Shown: piece by piece, positions 1 through 7,481 of the stretch
How positions within the stretch are numbered: the first letter of the stretch is position 1
How the letters are laid out: every line of letters starts with the position of its first letter
Sequence record: KX534341.1
Source of the DNA: Escherichia phage Pride
Direction: 5' to 3' (one strand)
Length of the DNA: 44,899 nucleotides
Translations under genes and position numbers: made by a program
The notes under the pieces: generated by a model
The model's input: only the letters and a program-made list of their open reading frames with translations
Database searches by the model: none
What the model was told of the DNA's origin: nothing

Positions 1-120
1 ACCACCAGACCGATAACCAGTCCGATCGCTGCATATTTAATCACGCCATAACCCCCGGTTTTTAAGCTGTGCAATAGTCATCAGTTCGCCAGAATCGGTA
101 AACATCTTCGGCACTTTCAC
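1..120. repeat. Inverted fold-back copy: 1..120 is the exact reverse complement of 182..301, joined at a short palindromic microhomology (gccgcgc/gcgcggc); probable assembly or chimeric-read artefact
   Basis: Direct comparison of bases: position i pairs with 302-i for i=1..127; match breaks at 128/174. Confidence 0.8.
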
Positions 121-501
121 GCCGCGCCATATTCTGGAGGAGTTATATGGAGTGCAACGCGCCGACCAGATTATGCGCGGCGTGAAAGTGCCGAAGATGT
201 TTACCGATTCTGGCGAACTGATGACTATTGCACAGCTTAAAAACCGGGGGTTATGGCGTGATTAAATATGCAGCGATCGGACTGGTTATCGGTCTGGTGG
301 TAGGATTCTGGCAGGGTGATTCCTACCGAGCTGCCGTTGTGGCGAGAGCATCGCAAGAAGCGCAAGCGAAAGCCCAACGGCAGCAAACTAAGGTTGTCGA
401 GGGGGCTGTGCAGGCAGAACAGGCCCGCGATGTGGAATACCGGACTATCACGAAAGAGGTTGTGAAATATGTTACGCGTCCTAACCGTCCTGATTGCAGT
501 T
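121..501. repeat. Terminal direct repeat, identical to 44519..44899 (offset 44,398 bp); marks circular assembly overlap or terminal redundancy
   Basis: Base-by-base identity of window start and end; position 120 differs from 44518 so the repeat begins at 121. Confidence 0.9.
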
Positions 502-566
502 TTGATGCTGAGCGCGTGCGGATCAAGCAAAGCGCCATTGATGCCGCTAACCGAGTCGGTCTATAG
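258..566 (+). CDS. i-spanin (Rz-like inner-membrane spanin component)
   Basis: N-terminal TM segment (IKYAAIGLVIGLVVGFW) followed by a charged Q/A/K/E-rich region; 3' end overlapped by a lipoprotein ORF in another frame (classic Rz/Rz1 architecture); GTG 258 with GGGGG upstream chosen over TTG 228. Confidence 0.6.
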   Translation: MIKYAAIGLVIGLVVGFWQGDSYRAAVVARASQEAQAKAQRQQTKVVEGAVQAEQARDVEYRTITKEVVKYVTRPNRPDCSFDAERVRIKQSAIDAANRVGL

Positions 567-699
567 ACCGCCTTGCACCTTTGAGAATGCCTCGGCAGAT
601 CCAGACGAAGACTTGCTGGTTGATGTTAAGAATATGGAGTGTGGTGCGAAGCTGCGGGCGCAAGTGCTGGAGTTGCAGAAAATAATTCGGGGGCCGTGA
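469..699 (+). CDS. o-spanin (Rz1-like outer-membrane lipoprotein)
   Basis: ATG 469 with AGAGG RBS; signal peptide with lipobox (LMLSAC); Pro-rich mature part; embedded in the 3' end of the i-spanin gene. Confidence 0.65.
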   Translation: MLRVLTVLIAVLMLSACGSSKAPLMPLTESVYRPPCTFENASADPDEDLLVDVKNMECGAKLRAQVLELQKIIRGP

Positions 700-713
700 T
701 GGCCCCCTTTTCG
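690..713. terminator. Hairpin (gggggcc-gtgat-ggccccc) plus T-run between convergent genes; probable bidirectional intrinsic terminator
   Basis: GC stem 7 bp followed by ttttcg on plus strand; lies between o-spanin stop (699) and minus-strand gene stop (714). Confidence 0.5.
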
Positions 714-1478
714 TTAGCGCGGAATACCGCAAATCTCGTTTAGTGTTTTCACGTCCAGCGCCACCGCCGTGGACTTCGGCTTGTCCGGGTAAGGAATGAA
801 CTGTTCAACTTCAGGCCACGCCTTGATCAGCTTCTTATCTGTATTGTGCATATCCAGCACGCCGGTAACAGTTAGTTTGAACGCGTCATACTTAGCACGC
901 AACTCACGGCGGGCCTTGTCGTTACGGTCCAGGCGCTTGCAGAAATCATGACCCGCCGGGTAGTCTATACGACCGCGTGGCTTATATATCGGCAGCGCTT
1001 TCCCGTCGTCGTCGACTTCGCACACTGACGCTAACAAAATTTCCTCATACCCTGGCACAATATCGCCGAGATCGGGGGATAGTTTATTCATGTATTTATA
1101 CTCCCAGTATCCTCGATGTACTCGGAATCGGTATCCGTCTCCGCTCAATGACACGGTACGGACGTTTCCGCCTGCGTTGATTTCGAAAGTGGCGTCGTAA
1201 ACGCTGCCTATACCATATGGGTTGTCGTCGTCATGTCTATACGTCGCCTTGTTGGTGTATACGCTTACTCCGTACATCTGCGACGGGTCATCGCCGATTG
1301 CTTTAATGCGCGAGAGTAGCTCGGCGAAAGTGCGAATGCCTTCCGGCATACAGTCCAGCGTAATGGCGTACGCCAGATTTCGAGAGTCCATCATGATTGA
1401 TTTGGCTTCGGTCGCGATTTCGTGGTCGCGCAGGATGTTAGCCAGAATCTGGTTTTTAATGTCTTTCGTCAGTCTCAT
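714..1478 (-). CDS. Hypothetical protein (254 aa) encoded opposite to the flanking morphogenesis genes; function unknown
   Basis: Long ORF; start ATG at 1478 (MRLTKDIKNQ...) with GAGGAC RBS; own promoter of the ATTGGTTGCA class immediately upstream. Confidence 0.7.
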   Translation of the reverse strand: MRLTKDIKNQILANILRDHEIATEAKSIMMDSRNLAYAITLDCMPEGIRTFAELLSRIKAIGDDPSQMYGVSVYTNKATYRHDDDNPYGIGSVYDATFEINAGGNVRTVSLSGDGYRFRVHRGYWEYKYMNKLSPDLGDIVPGYEEILLASVCEVDDDGKALPIYKPRGRIDYPAGHDFCKRLDRNDKARRELRAKYDAFKLTVTGVLDMHNTDKKLIKAWPEVEQFIPYPDKPKSTAVALDVKTLNEICGIPR

Positions 1479-1507
1479 TTGTGTGTCCTCGTTGTTGGTG
1501 TGCAACC

Positions 1508-1537
1508 AATATAGTGCAACCAATACGAGGATTGCAA
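1508..1537 (-). promoter_or_regulatory. Predicted sigma70-type promoter (TTGCAA-N18-TATATT) for the 714..1478 gene, containing two tandem ATTGGTTGCAC motifs
   Basis: -35 at 1532..1537 and -10 at 1508..1513 on minus strand; -10 plus leader (TATATTGGTTGCACACCAACAA.GAGGAC) nearly identical to that at 35773..35798. Confidence 0.45.
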
Positions 1538-1627
1538 GCGAATTTTGCGATTATTTTTATCGCTGATAATATTAGAAGCGTGAAGTCGAGCGGGTGGCCT
1601 GCTCTGCCACAATCCCAGGGGGATAGC

Positions 1628-2332
1628 ATGAAACTTACTAAAGCAGAATATGACGCGTTGCCGGAAGGTATGAAGGCGCTTTTTGTTGCCGATGGTGACG
1701 GGTATAAGTCAACGTTCATGACCGCAGAAGAAGTACAGGCGGAAATCAAGGGTCTGAAAGACAACAACGCGAAGCTGGTGAGCGAGAAGAAAGCAGAAGC
1801 TGAACGCCGCGCCGAAGCTGAGCGCCTTGCGAAAGAGAAAGAGGAAGCCGCCGCGCGCAAAAATGGCGACCTCGAAGCGATCGACAAGTCCTGGAAGGAT
1901 AAGTTTGCGAAACACGAAGCAGACACATCGGGAAAAATCGAAGCCTACCGCAAGCAGATCCACGATCTAACCATCGGCAGCGCTGCCAAAGACCTGGCAT
2001 CGAAGCTATTCGGTAAGAATGCGGGCATCATGCAACGCCACGTAATGGACCGCCTGACGCTGGAAGACGGCGAAGACGGCAGCTTGAAAGTGCGTGTCTT
2101 GCAGGATGGCAAACCGTCCGCGCTGACTATGGAAGAGCTTGAAAAAGAGTTCCGTAATAACGCCGATTTTGCATCCGTCCTGGCTGGCACGCCAGCCGGT
2201 GGCGCGCCTAGCAAACCGACGCAGGTTGTCGAAGATGTGAAGTCGAAAATCTCTATGGGCCACAGCTTCGGTATCACTGACCTTACGAAACAGGCAGGTG
2301 AAATCATCGCTAAGATGGGCGACGACGAGTAA
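1628..2332 (+). CDS. Putative scaffolding protein
   Basis: ATG 1628 with AGGGGGA RBS (table ORF begins earlier at 1481 with no plausible start); charged, coiled-coil-like composition; located immediately upstream of major capsid gene. Confidence 0.5.
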   Translation: MKLTKAEYDALPEGMKALFVADGDGYKSTFMTAEEVQAEIKGLKDNNAKLVSEKKAEAERRAEAERLAKEKEEAAARKNGDLEAIDKSWKDKFAKHEADTSGKIEAYRKQIHDLTIGSAAKDLASKLFGKNAGIMQRHVMDRLTLEDGEDGSLKVRVLQDGKPSALTMEELEKEFRNNADFASVLAGTPAGGAPSKPTQVVEDVKSKISMGHSFGITDLTKQAGEIIAKMGDDE

Positions 2333-2337
2333 GCAGA

Positions 2338-2361
2338 TTGCCCGCGAAAGCGGGCAATTTT
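2338..2361 (+). terminator. Weak intrinsic terminator or attenuator hairpin (ttgcccgc-gaaa-gcgggcaa-tttt)
   Basis: 8-bp GC-rich stem with GAAA loop and a short T-run, after the scaffold stop. Confidence 0.35.
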
Positions 2362-2429
2362 GCGAGCGCGTAAATCTAAGGTAACATTAACGTCACTGGG
2401 CGAATGCTCACAACTCAAAGGATTTCGAT

Positions 2430-3530
2430 ATGTCTTTAACAGTGTTCCAGCGTAAACTCGTTACCGCGGTTACGCAAATGATCCCCGACAACCTGAACGT
2501 TTTCAACGCCGCCGCCAATGGCGCTGTTGTTCTCGGTACTGGTGAAGTGCTGAAGGATGTTGTTGAGAAAATGTCCGTAGGCTTGATCGCCAACCTTGTT
2601 ACCGACCGTAACGCCTACGCCCCTGTCGGCACTCCGGCAACCGCTAAAGTGCTGGCGCGTATGCTGACCAACTCCGTTAACCTTTCCGCGAAAGTGGGTC
2701 CGGTAGCAATCACTAAGGCCATGATGGCTAAAATCGAAACCAACGTTAACAGCGTTGCGGCTGAGATTGCGGCGCAGGCTACTCAAGCGATTTTGCTGCA
2801 TTACCTAAAAGCTGGTATCGGTGCGGGTAAAGCGGCGATCGAAAGCAACGCAGCGGCAAAATACACCCAACCGGCGCGCGTTGACGGCGTTGGCGGTCGT
2901 ACCTTCCCGACCCTGGCAGACTTCCCGCTGGCGGCTTCTAAGTTCGGCGATCAGGCGTCTTTGATTAAGTCCTGGTTTATGGACGGCGTTACCTGGGCAA
3001 ACTTCATTGCGTACCAGGCACTCCCTTCCGCTGAACAGGTATTCGCAATTGGCGATCTCCAGGTAATGGGTGATGGCCTGGGCCGTCGCTTCATTATCTC
3101 CGATGCCGCTGCCGATGCTATGGGCGCTGGTAACATGCTGGGTCTGGTCCCTGGCGCGGTTGCAGTTACGACCAACGGCCTCGACATGCTGGCGCAGGAA
3201 AAAGGCGGCAACGAGAACATTGAGCGCTGGTGGCAGGGTGAGTTCGACTTCAACGTGGCTGTTAAAGGCTACCGTCTGAAGGCGTCCGCTCGTACCCCGA
3301 TCGAAGGTGTACGCTCGTTCAAACTGGACGATATCACCACTTCCGCTAACTGGGAACTGGATCAGGGCCAGGTAGACAACGCACCGGCAACCGTGCAGGA
3401 TGTTGGCGCTGTGGGTGATGGCGATACTAAAGGCCGTCGTAAGACCCAGGCCGCACAGGCAGTGCCTACCCGCCACATCAAGGAAACCGCTGGCGTACTG
3501 GTTACGCTGACGGCGACTACCGCGTCTTAA
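2430..3530 (+). CDS. Major capsid protein (putative)
   Basis: 366-aa ORF with AAAGGA RBS, between scaffold and head-tail connector genes, followed by a strong terminator; assignment by position and size. Confidence 0.65.
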   Translation: MSLTVFQRKLVTAVTQMIPDNLNVFNAAANGAVVLGTGEVLKDVVEKMSVGLIANLVTDRNAYAPVGTPATAKVLARMLTNSVNLSAKVGPVAITKAMMAKIETNVNSVAAEIAAQATQAILLHYLKAGIGAGKAAIESNAAAKYTQPARVDGVGGRTFPTLADFPLAASKFGDQASLIKSWFMDGVTWANFIAYQALPSAEQVFAIGDLQVMGDGLGRRFIISDAAADAMGAGNMLGLVPGAVAVTTNGLDMLAQEKGGNENIERWWQGEFDFNVAVKGYRLKASARTPIEGVRSFKLDDITTSANWELDQGQVDNAPATVQDVGAVGDGDTKGRRKTQAAQAVPTRHIKETAGVLVTLTATTAS

Positions 3531-3548
3531 CGGGCGCACATCCCAAAT

Positions 3549-3573
3549 GGGCGGGCTTATGCCCGCCTTTTTT
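3549..3573 (+). terminator. Intrinsic terminator (gggcgggc-ttat-gcccgcc-tttttt) downstream of capsid gene
   Basis: Perfect GC stem followed by T6. Confidence 0.65.
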
Positions 3574-3588
3574 ATAGGAGTGAATCTA

Positions 3589-4089
3589 ATGTATGGCGAC
3601 CCGCAAACCTTTGTCGATTATGCCGCTGCGCGAGGCGTTGAAGTCACGCTGGGCGATGCAACGCGACACCTTACCATCGTTAATGACTTTCTTAACGGCA
3701 TCAACTGGATCGGCGAACAGGCGGACCAGACAGGGATAGACGCATGGCCCCGCGTCAACTACCCGTCAGACGGTAAGCCGGTGCTAAACACGCTTACTGA
3801 AGATTTGGCAGTAGTTCCCGCTGGGCAGATTGTAGACTTCGCATCAATCCCCGTTGCCGTTGAGCAAGCTGTTTACAGGCTGGCGTTGTTGGTGGCGGAC
3901 GAGATCGATATTTCTCCGGTCGGCGATGGTAAAGAGACTATCCGCGAAACGGTCGGCCCGATCACGATGGAATACGACCCGGCGTCGATTGGTAGCGGGG
4001 TGTCGTTTCCGTGGTGGGATGGCTTGTTAGGGCACTGGGTTGATTCTGGCGGCAACGCCGCAGGCAATTTCGATGTATTCCGGGGGTGA
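3589..4089 (+). CDS. Hypothetical structural protein (head-tail connector/adaptor candidate)
   Basis: ORF with AGGAG RBS and ATG 3589 (the table start 3547 lies inside the terminator hairpin); position in the connector region. Confidence 0.5.
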   Translation: MYGDPQTFVDYAAARGVEVTLGDATRHLTIVNDFLNGINWIGEQADQTGIDAWPRVNYPSDGKPVLNTLTEDLAVVPAGQIVDFASIPVAVEQAVYRLALLVADEIDISPVGDGKETIRETVGPITMEYDPASIGSGVSFPWWDGLLGHWVDSGGNAAGNFDVFRG

Positions 4090-4090
4090 T

Positions 4091-4207
4091 ATGAATCCTG
4101 CATTACTGGCGGCTATTATCGCCGCAAATACTAAACGCCAACCAGAACAGGAGCCAGCACCAGAACCAGAACCACCGGTACAGGAGGATGATAATGGCGG
4201 GCTTTAA
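4091..4207 (+). CDS. Small hypothetical ORF (38 aa, Pro/Glu-rich)
   Basis: ATG 4091 directly after preceding stop; overlaps next gene start; weak evidence. Confidence 0.25.
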   Translation: MNPALLAAIIAANTKRQPEQEPAPEPEPPVQEDDNGGL

Positions 4208-4547
4208 TTACGCAGGATTAAAGCGGAAAGTGAATCCGCTGATTAAAAAATTCGGCATGACCGTTACGGTTACGCGTCCGGGGTCGGTTGACCGCGTAGA
4301 CGGCGACGAAGTGGTAATCCCGCCAACGTCGTTCGACGTCATAGGTCTTCGCGAGGAGTACAAGCCTAGCGAGATCGACGGAACGCGTATCGTTGCCGGT
4401 GATGTGAAGTTTTTATGTCGGGCGGTTGAGCAATTGCGGGTGGGCGACCTTGTTAACCTGAACGGCACTGACTACCGGGTCGTTAACCCTAACCCACTGC
4501 AACCGGCGGGGACGACCATGCTGTTTCAACTACAGCTAAGGGGCTAA
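4194..4547 (+). CDS. Hypothetical head-tail joining / head closure protein
   Basis: ORF with AGGAGG RBS 6 nt upstream of ATG 4194; position between capsid and tail genes. Confidence 0.5.
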   Translation: MAGFNYAGLKRKVNPLIKKFGMTVTVTRPGSVDRVDGDEVVIPPTSFDVIGLREEYKPSEIDGTRIVAGDVKFLCRAVEQLRVGDLVNLNGTDYRVVNPNPLQPAGTTMLFQLQLRG

Positions 4548-4548
4548 C

Positions 4549-5142
4549 GTGGCTGAAGTCTACTCATTCGCCGCCACTATTGCTACGTGGGTGGATAAGA
4601 CGAAGGAGAACAACGATAAGGCGGTGCGGGCGTACGGGATGCAAATACTCGGACGCCTTATTGAGATCTCCCCGGTGGGCGACCCTCGCCGGTGGAAAAT
4701 TAACAGGGCTTACGCGCTGGCCCGCCAGCACGCGAACAAGGTGAACGCCGCGCAGCGTCGCAAGAATGGCGGCAAACTGAAGCGCGGGCAGAAAAAGCAC
4801 GCTGGCGTGCTGGTGTCATTCAAGACTAAAAACGGCAACGTCACGTTCCGCCAGCGTGGCTGGGCTGCGAAGAATTACACCGGCGGACGCTTCCGGGGTA
4901 ACTGGCAGGTTACGTTCGACCAACCGGCTGTAGGCGCTATCGACCGCGTGGATAAGGCCGGAACGGCAACACTAGCCGCAGGGCGTGAAGTGCTGGCGCA
5001 TTATGATTCAGGTGAATACGGGTCGATCTGGTTTACTAACAATGTGCCGTATGCGCAGCGACTTGAGTATGGTTGGAGTAAACAAGCGCCCGCGGGGGTT
5101 GTTCGCGTCGTAGCGGCAGAAATTAATTCTAAGGTGAAATAA
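4549..5142 (+). CDS. HK97 gp10-like head-tail connector / tail completion protein
   Basis: GTG start coupled to upstream stop; C-terminal NVPYAQRLEYGW motif resembling the HK97 gp10 family as recalled from memory. Confidence 0.55.
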   Translation: MAEVYSFAATIATWVDKTKENNDKAVRAYGMQILGRLIEISPVGDPRRWKINRAYALARQHANKVNAAQRRKNGGKLKRGQKKHAGVLVSFKTKNGNVTFRQRGWAAKNYTGGRFRGNWQVTFDQPAVGAIDRVDKAGTATLAAGREVLAHYDSGEYGSIWFTNNVPYAQRLEYGWSKQAPAGVVRVVAAEINSKVK

Positions 5143-5564
5143 TGAGCAATACTCTAATCCGCAAGGCGCTTAACAGCGTTGTAGAAGAATTATCGGTAAG
5201 CCTGAGCACTAACCAGCGCCCGATAAAGGTTAACTGGGAGAACGTGAGCGGCGACCACGCAAACGGCAGCGGTGTCTACCTGGAACCGTACCTGCTTCCG
5301 GCCCCTACCCAGTTTGTGGGCTTCCAGCAGAAGGGCCGTATCTATGCCGGTGTGTATCAGGTTGCCGTGGTGTTTCCTGCAGGCACTGGCACACAGTATG
5401 CGAGCGAACTGGCGGACGCCATCGCGACGTCTGACAAGTGGCAGGCCGTAAGGCTTACCGGCGCTGCGTTCCAGCTTCAGGACGCGCCATACACCAGTTC
5501 GGTGATTGAGGATGTTGATCGCGCCCGCATCGTGGTTACAGTGCCCTATTCCTGTTGTGCCTGA
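5142..5564 (+). CDS. Putative tail terminator / tail completion protein
   Basis: ORF translationally coupled (ATGA overlap) to upstream gene; immediately precedes major tail gene. Confidence 0.45.
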   Translation: MSNTLIRKALNSVVEELSVSLSTNQRPIKVNWENVSGDHANGSGVYLEPYLLPAPTQFVGFQQKGRIYAGVYQVAVVFPAGTGTQYASELADAIATSDKWQAVRLTGAAFQLQDAPYTSSVIEDVDRARIVVTVPYSCCA

Positions 5565-5624
5565 TTTGGCGCAATTCTGCGCGTGCTGTATCATTAAACC
5601 GTATATCTAAACAGGAGCTTTATT

Positions 5625-6350
5625 ATGGGTTATCAACTCCCCAACGGGTCCAGCGTCCAGATCGGGTCCGTATTAGGCAGCGGCATCGCTGTTACGGCAG
5701 CTACCAACGCCACCGCATCAATCTCTGACCTTACGCAAGGTTGCGTAATTACCTGCGCGGCATCGCATGGCCTGGTTGTTGGCGACGTTGTTATGTTCAC
5801 TAAAACCCCGTGGGTCCGAGCGCTTAACCGCGCATTCATCGTGGGTAAAGTAGCCGAGAACGACGTGACGCTGGCGCGCTTCGACTCCTCTGACGTCACA
5901 AAATACCCGACCGGCGCTTTCAGCGTAGGCACTCCGGGCGAAGTGGTGAAGGTGTCGAGCTTTATCGACTTCCCTTTCATTACTAACGTTGCCGTGTCGG
6001 GTGGCGACCAGCAGACTACTACCTTCCAGCCGTTGCAGGTGAACACCGCAATCAGTCTTAACACCACGAAAAACCCGTTGGTACAGACTTACACCTTCAC
6101 CCACGACGAAGAAGACCCGATCCGCCCAATCCTGGAAGACCTGGACGACACACAGAAAACCACTGTGATCAAGTTCACTAACCCAGCGGCAGCAAGTGGC
6201 AAAGGTGAAATTCGTATTTACCCGGCTAAGGTATCTTTCCAGAAGATTCCTTCCGCTGAAGTAAACAACGTGGAAACGGTACAGTCTACTCTGACCATGC
6301 AGTCTGATATGGTTATCTACCGTAAGGATCTGGTCGAGGCATTGTCTTAA
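5625..6350 (+). CDS. Major tail protein (putative)
   Basis: 241-aa ORF with AGGAG RBS, followed by terminator and then chaperone G/GT and tape measure (conserved siphovirus order). Confidence 0.6.
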   Translation: MGYQLPNGSSVQIGSVLGSGIAVTAATNATASISDLTQGCVITCAASHGLVVGDVVMFTKTPWVRALNRAFIVGKVAENDVTLARFDSSDVTKYPTGAFSVGTPGEVVKVSSFIDFPFITNVAVSGGDQQTTTFQPLQVNTAISLNTTKNPLVQTYTFTHDEEDPIRPILEDLDDTQKTTVIKFTNPAAASGKGEIRIYPAKVSFQKIPSAEVNNVETVQSTLTMQSDMVIYRKDLVEALS

Positions 6351-6380
6351 TTTGGTCGCTTAAATAGCGAGTGTTAATAT

Positions 6381-6403
6381 GGGGCCAGCACGGCCCCTTT
6401 TTT
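6381..6403 (+). terminator. Intrinsic terminator (ggggcc-agcac-ggcccc-tttttt) after major tail gene
   Basis: GC stem followed by T6. Confidence 0.6.
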
Positions 6404-6419
6404 ATTGGAGAATACTACA

Positions 6420-6782
6420 ATGGCTAAAGCACCACTCTTCACTCTTGACCCTAAGCCGACCTTTAAGCTGCCGATTGAGATCCCGCGCCCTGGTGAGAAC
6501 GAACCCGGCAAGATGACGTTTACCGTCCGTCACCGCCCGATCGACGAATTTTCGCAGACCATGCAGGACACCGAACGCAAGCTGTCGGAATATGACGACA
6601 ATGACCCGGACGGCTTTAACGTTATGGTCGAGGCCATCATGCACGTCGCAGAAGGCTGGAATCTGCCAGACGAATTTAACGCGGAGAACGTCCGCCGCCT
6701 GGTGGTCAACTATCCTCGCGCGTTCGGTGTGTTCCATACGTCGTACTATCTCGAACTGATGGGCTTGCGTGAAAAAAACTAA
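6420..6782 (+). CDS. Tail assembly chaperone (lambda G-like)
   Basis: Acidic ~120-aa ORF directly upstream of the tape measure gene; ends at a slippery site followed by an open -1 frame. Confidence 0.7.
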   Translation: MAKAPLFTLDPKPTFKLPIEIPRPGENEPGKMTFTVRHRPIDEFSQTMQDTERKLSEYDDNDPDGFNVMVEAIMHVAEGWNLPDEFNAENVRRLVVNYPRAFGVFHTSYYLELMGLREKN

Positions 6783-7099
6783 TTGAGGCGGCGCGACGCT
6801 TTTATGGCCCGCCGCCACCCTCCGAAGATTTAGCCGCAAGTTTATGGGGTGCGTCCCCCGAAGATGTTTGTCCGCCTGTTGCGTTATGGCCTGACAACGC
6901 GAAGATAGTCGCAGTATTCACGGATTGTGCCACGCAATGGCGCACCGGATTTGGTGGCGCATACGGCATCGATTACGGCGTGCTGGAGTGGTTATTTAAG
7001 ATGCACGGTATCGAAAACGAGCAGCGCGCGTTTAAAGATATCAAGCTAATGGAACGAATCGCGCTTGATGAAATGGCGCAGCAGAACCACGCACAGTGA
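6420..7099 (+). CDS. Tail assembly chaperone frameshift product (lambda GT-like), made by -1 ribosomal slippage at A AAA AAC (6773..6779)
   Basis: The -1 frame is closed by a TGA at 6770..6772 and then open for 107 codons from 6779 to TGA 7097..7099 with no start codon of its own; slippery heptamer sits at the 0-frame stop. Confidence 0.7.
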
Positions 7100-7100
7100 A

Positions 7101-7425
7101 GCGGGACAAAGCGGGATGTCCCGTTTTGTCCCGCCTCTGTAAAACTGCATATCTAATCACTCCCATTGCATAAACCAAAAGAGGGACAGGCGGGACGTCC
7201 CGTTTTGTCCCACCCCATAAATGTGCATATCTATTCGCATTTCGTGCATAAAACAAACGGGACAAAAAGCGGGACAGACCAGGGGCGGGACAAAGCGGGA
7301 CAGCACCCCGTCCCCGCCAGTGCTGCCGCTGGTTTCAGCCGATCGGGACAGCGGGACAGCACCCCAGTCTTTCAGACTAGACGGGGGTCTGGCACCCCCC
7401 TCGTCTGAGACTGCATAGGGTTTGT
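7101..7425. repeat. GGGACA-array element, copy A: palindromic GGGACA sites (7101..7133, 7183..7211), duplicated TGCATA..GGGACA module, four direct GCGGGACA repeats (7259..7302), two more (7345..7358) and a conserved GC hairpin
   Basis: Direct reading; about 165 bp (7256..7413) aligns with 35432..35590 at roughly 85-90 percent identity. Confidence 0.8.
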
Positions 7426-7481
7426 TTGAAATTCGCTGATACAATGTCAATCGGCAACTGAATAAAAAAGGGGACTGCATA

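Noticed and set aside
228-566. TTG start at 228 for the i-spanin and minus-strand ORFs 237..530 and 323..538
   Set aside because: Region 1..120 is an inverted artefact and 182..257 is the 3' end of the head-morphogenesis gene (seen intact at 44580..44663). GTG 258 with an upstream G-run is a better start, and the antisense ORFs are shadows.
1481-1627. Upstream extension of the scaffold ORF (table start 1481) and ORFs 1222..1566 and 1456..1926
   Set aside because: The frame has no credible start codon or RBS before ATG 1628. The region is a divergent promoter region, and the overlapping ORFs are antisense to real genes.
7259-7358. GGGACA direct repeats as a possible CRISPR array
   Set aside because: Repeats are only 6-8 bp with irregular 8-16 bp spacing, partly inverted, and there are no cas genes; not a CRISPR array.
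7041-7480. ORFs 7041..7265(-), 7157..7480(-), 7166..7408(+) and 7221..7418(+) inside the GGGACA element
   Set aside because: They are open only because of GC-rich repetitive sequence, have no RBS, and conflict with the GT frameshift extension; treated as non-coding.
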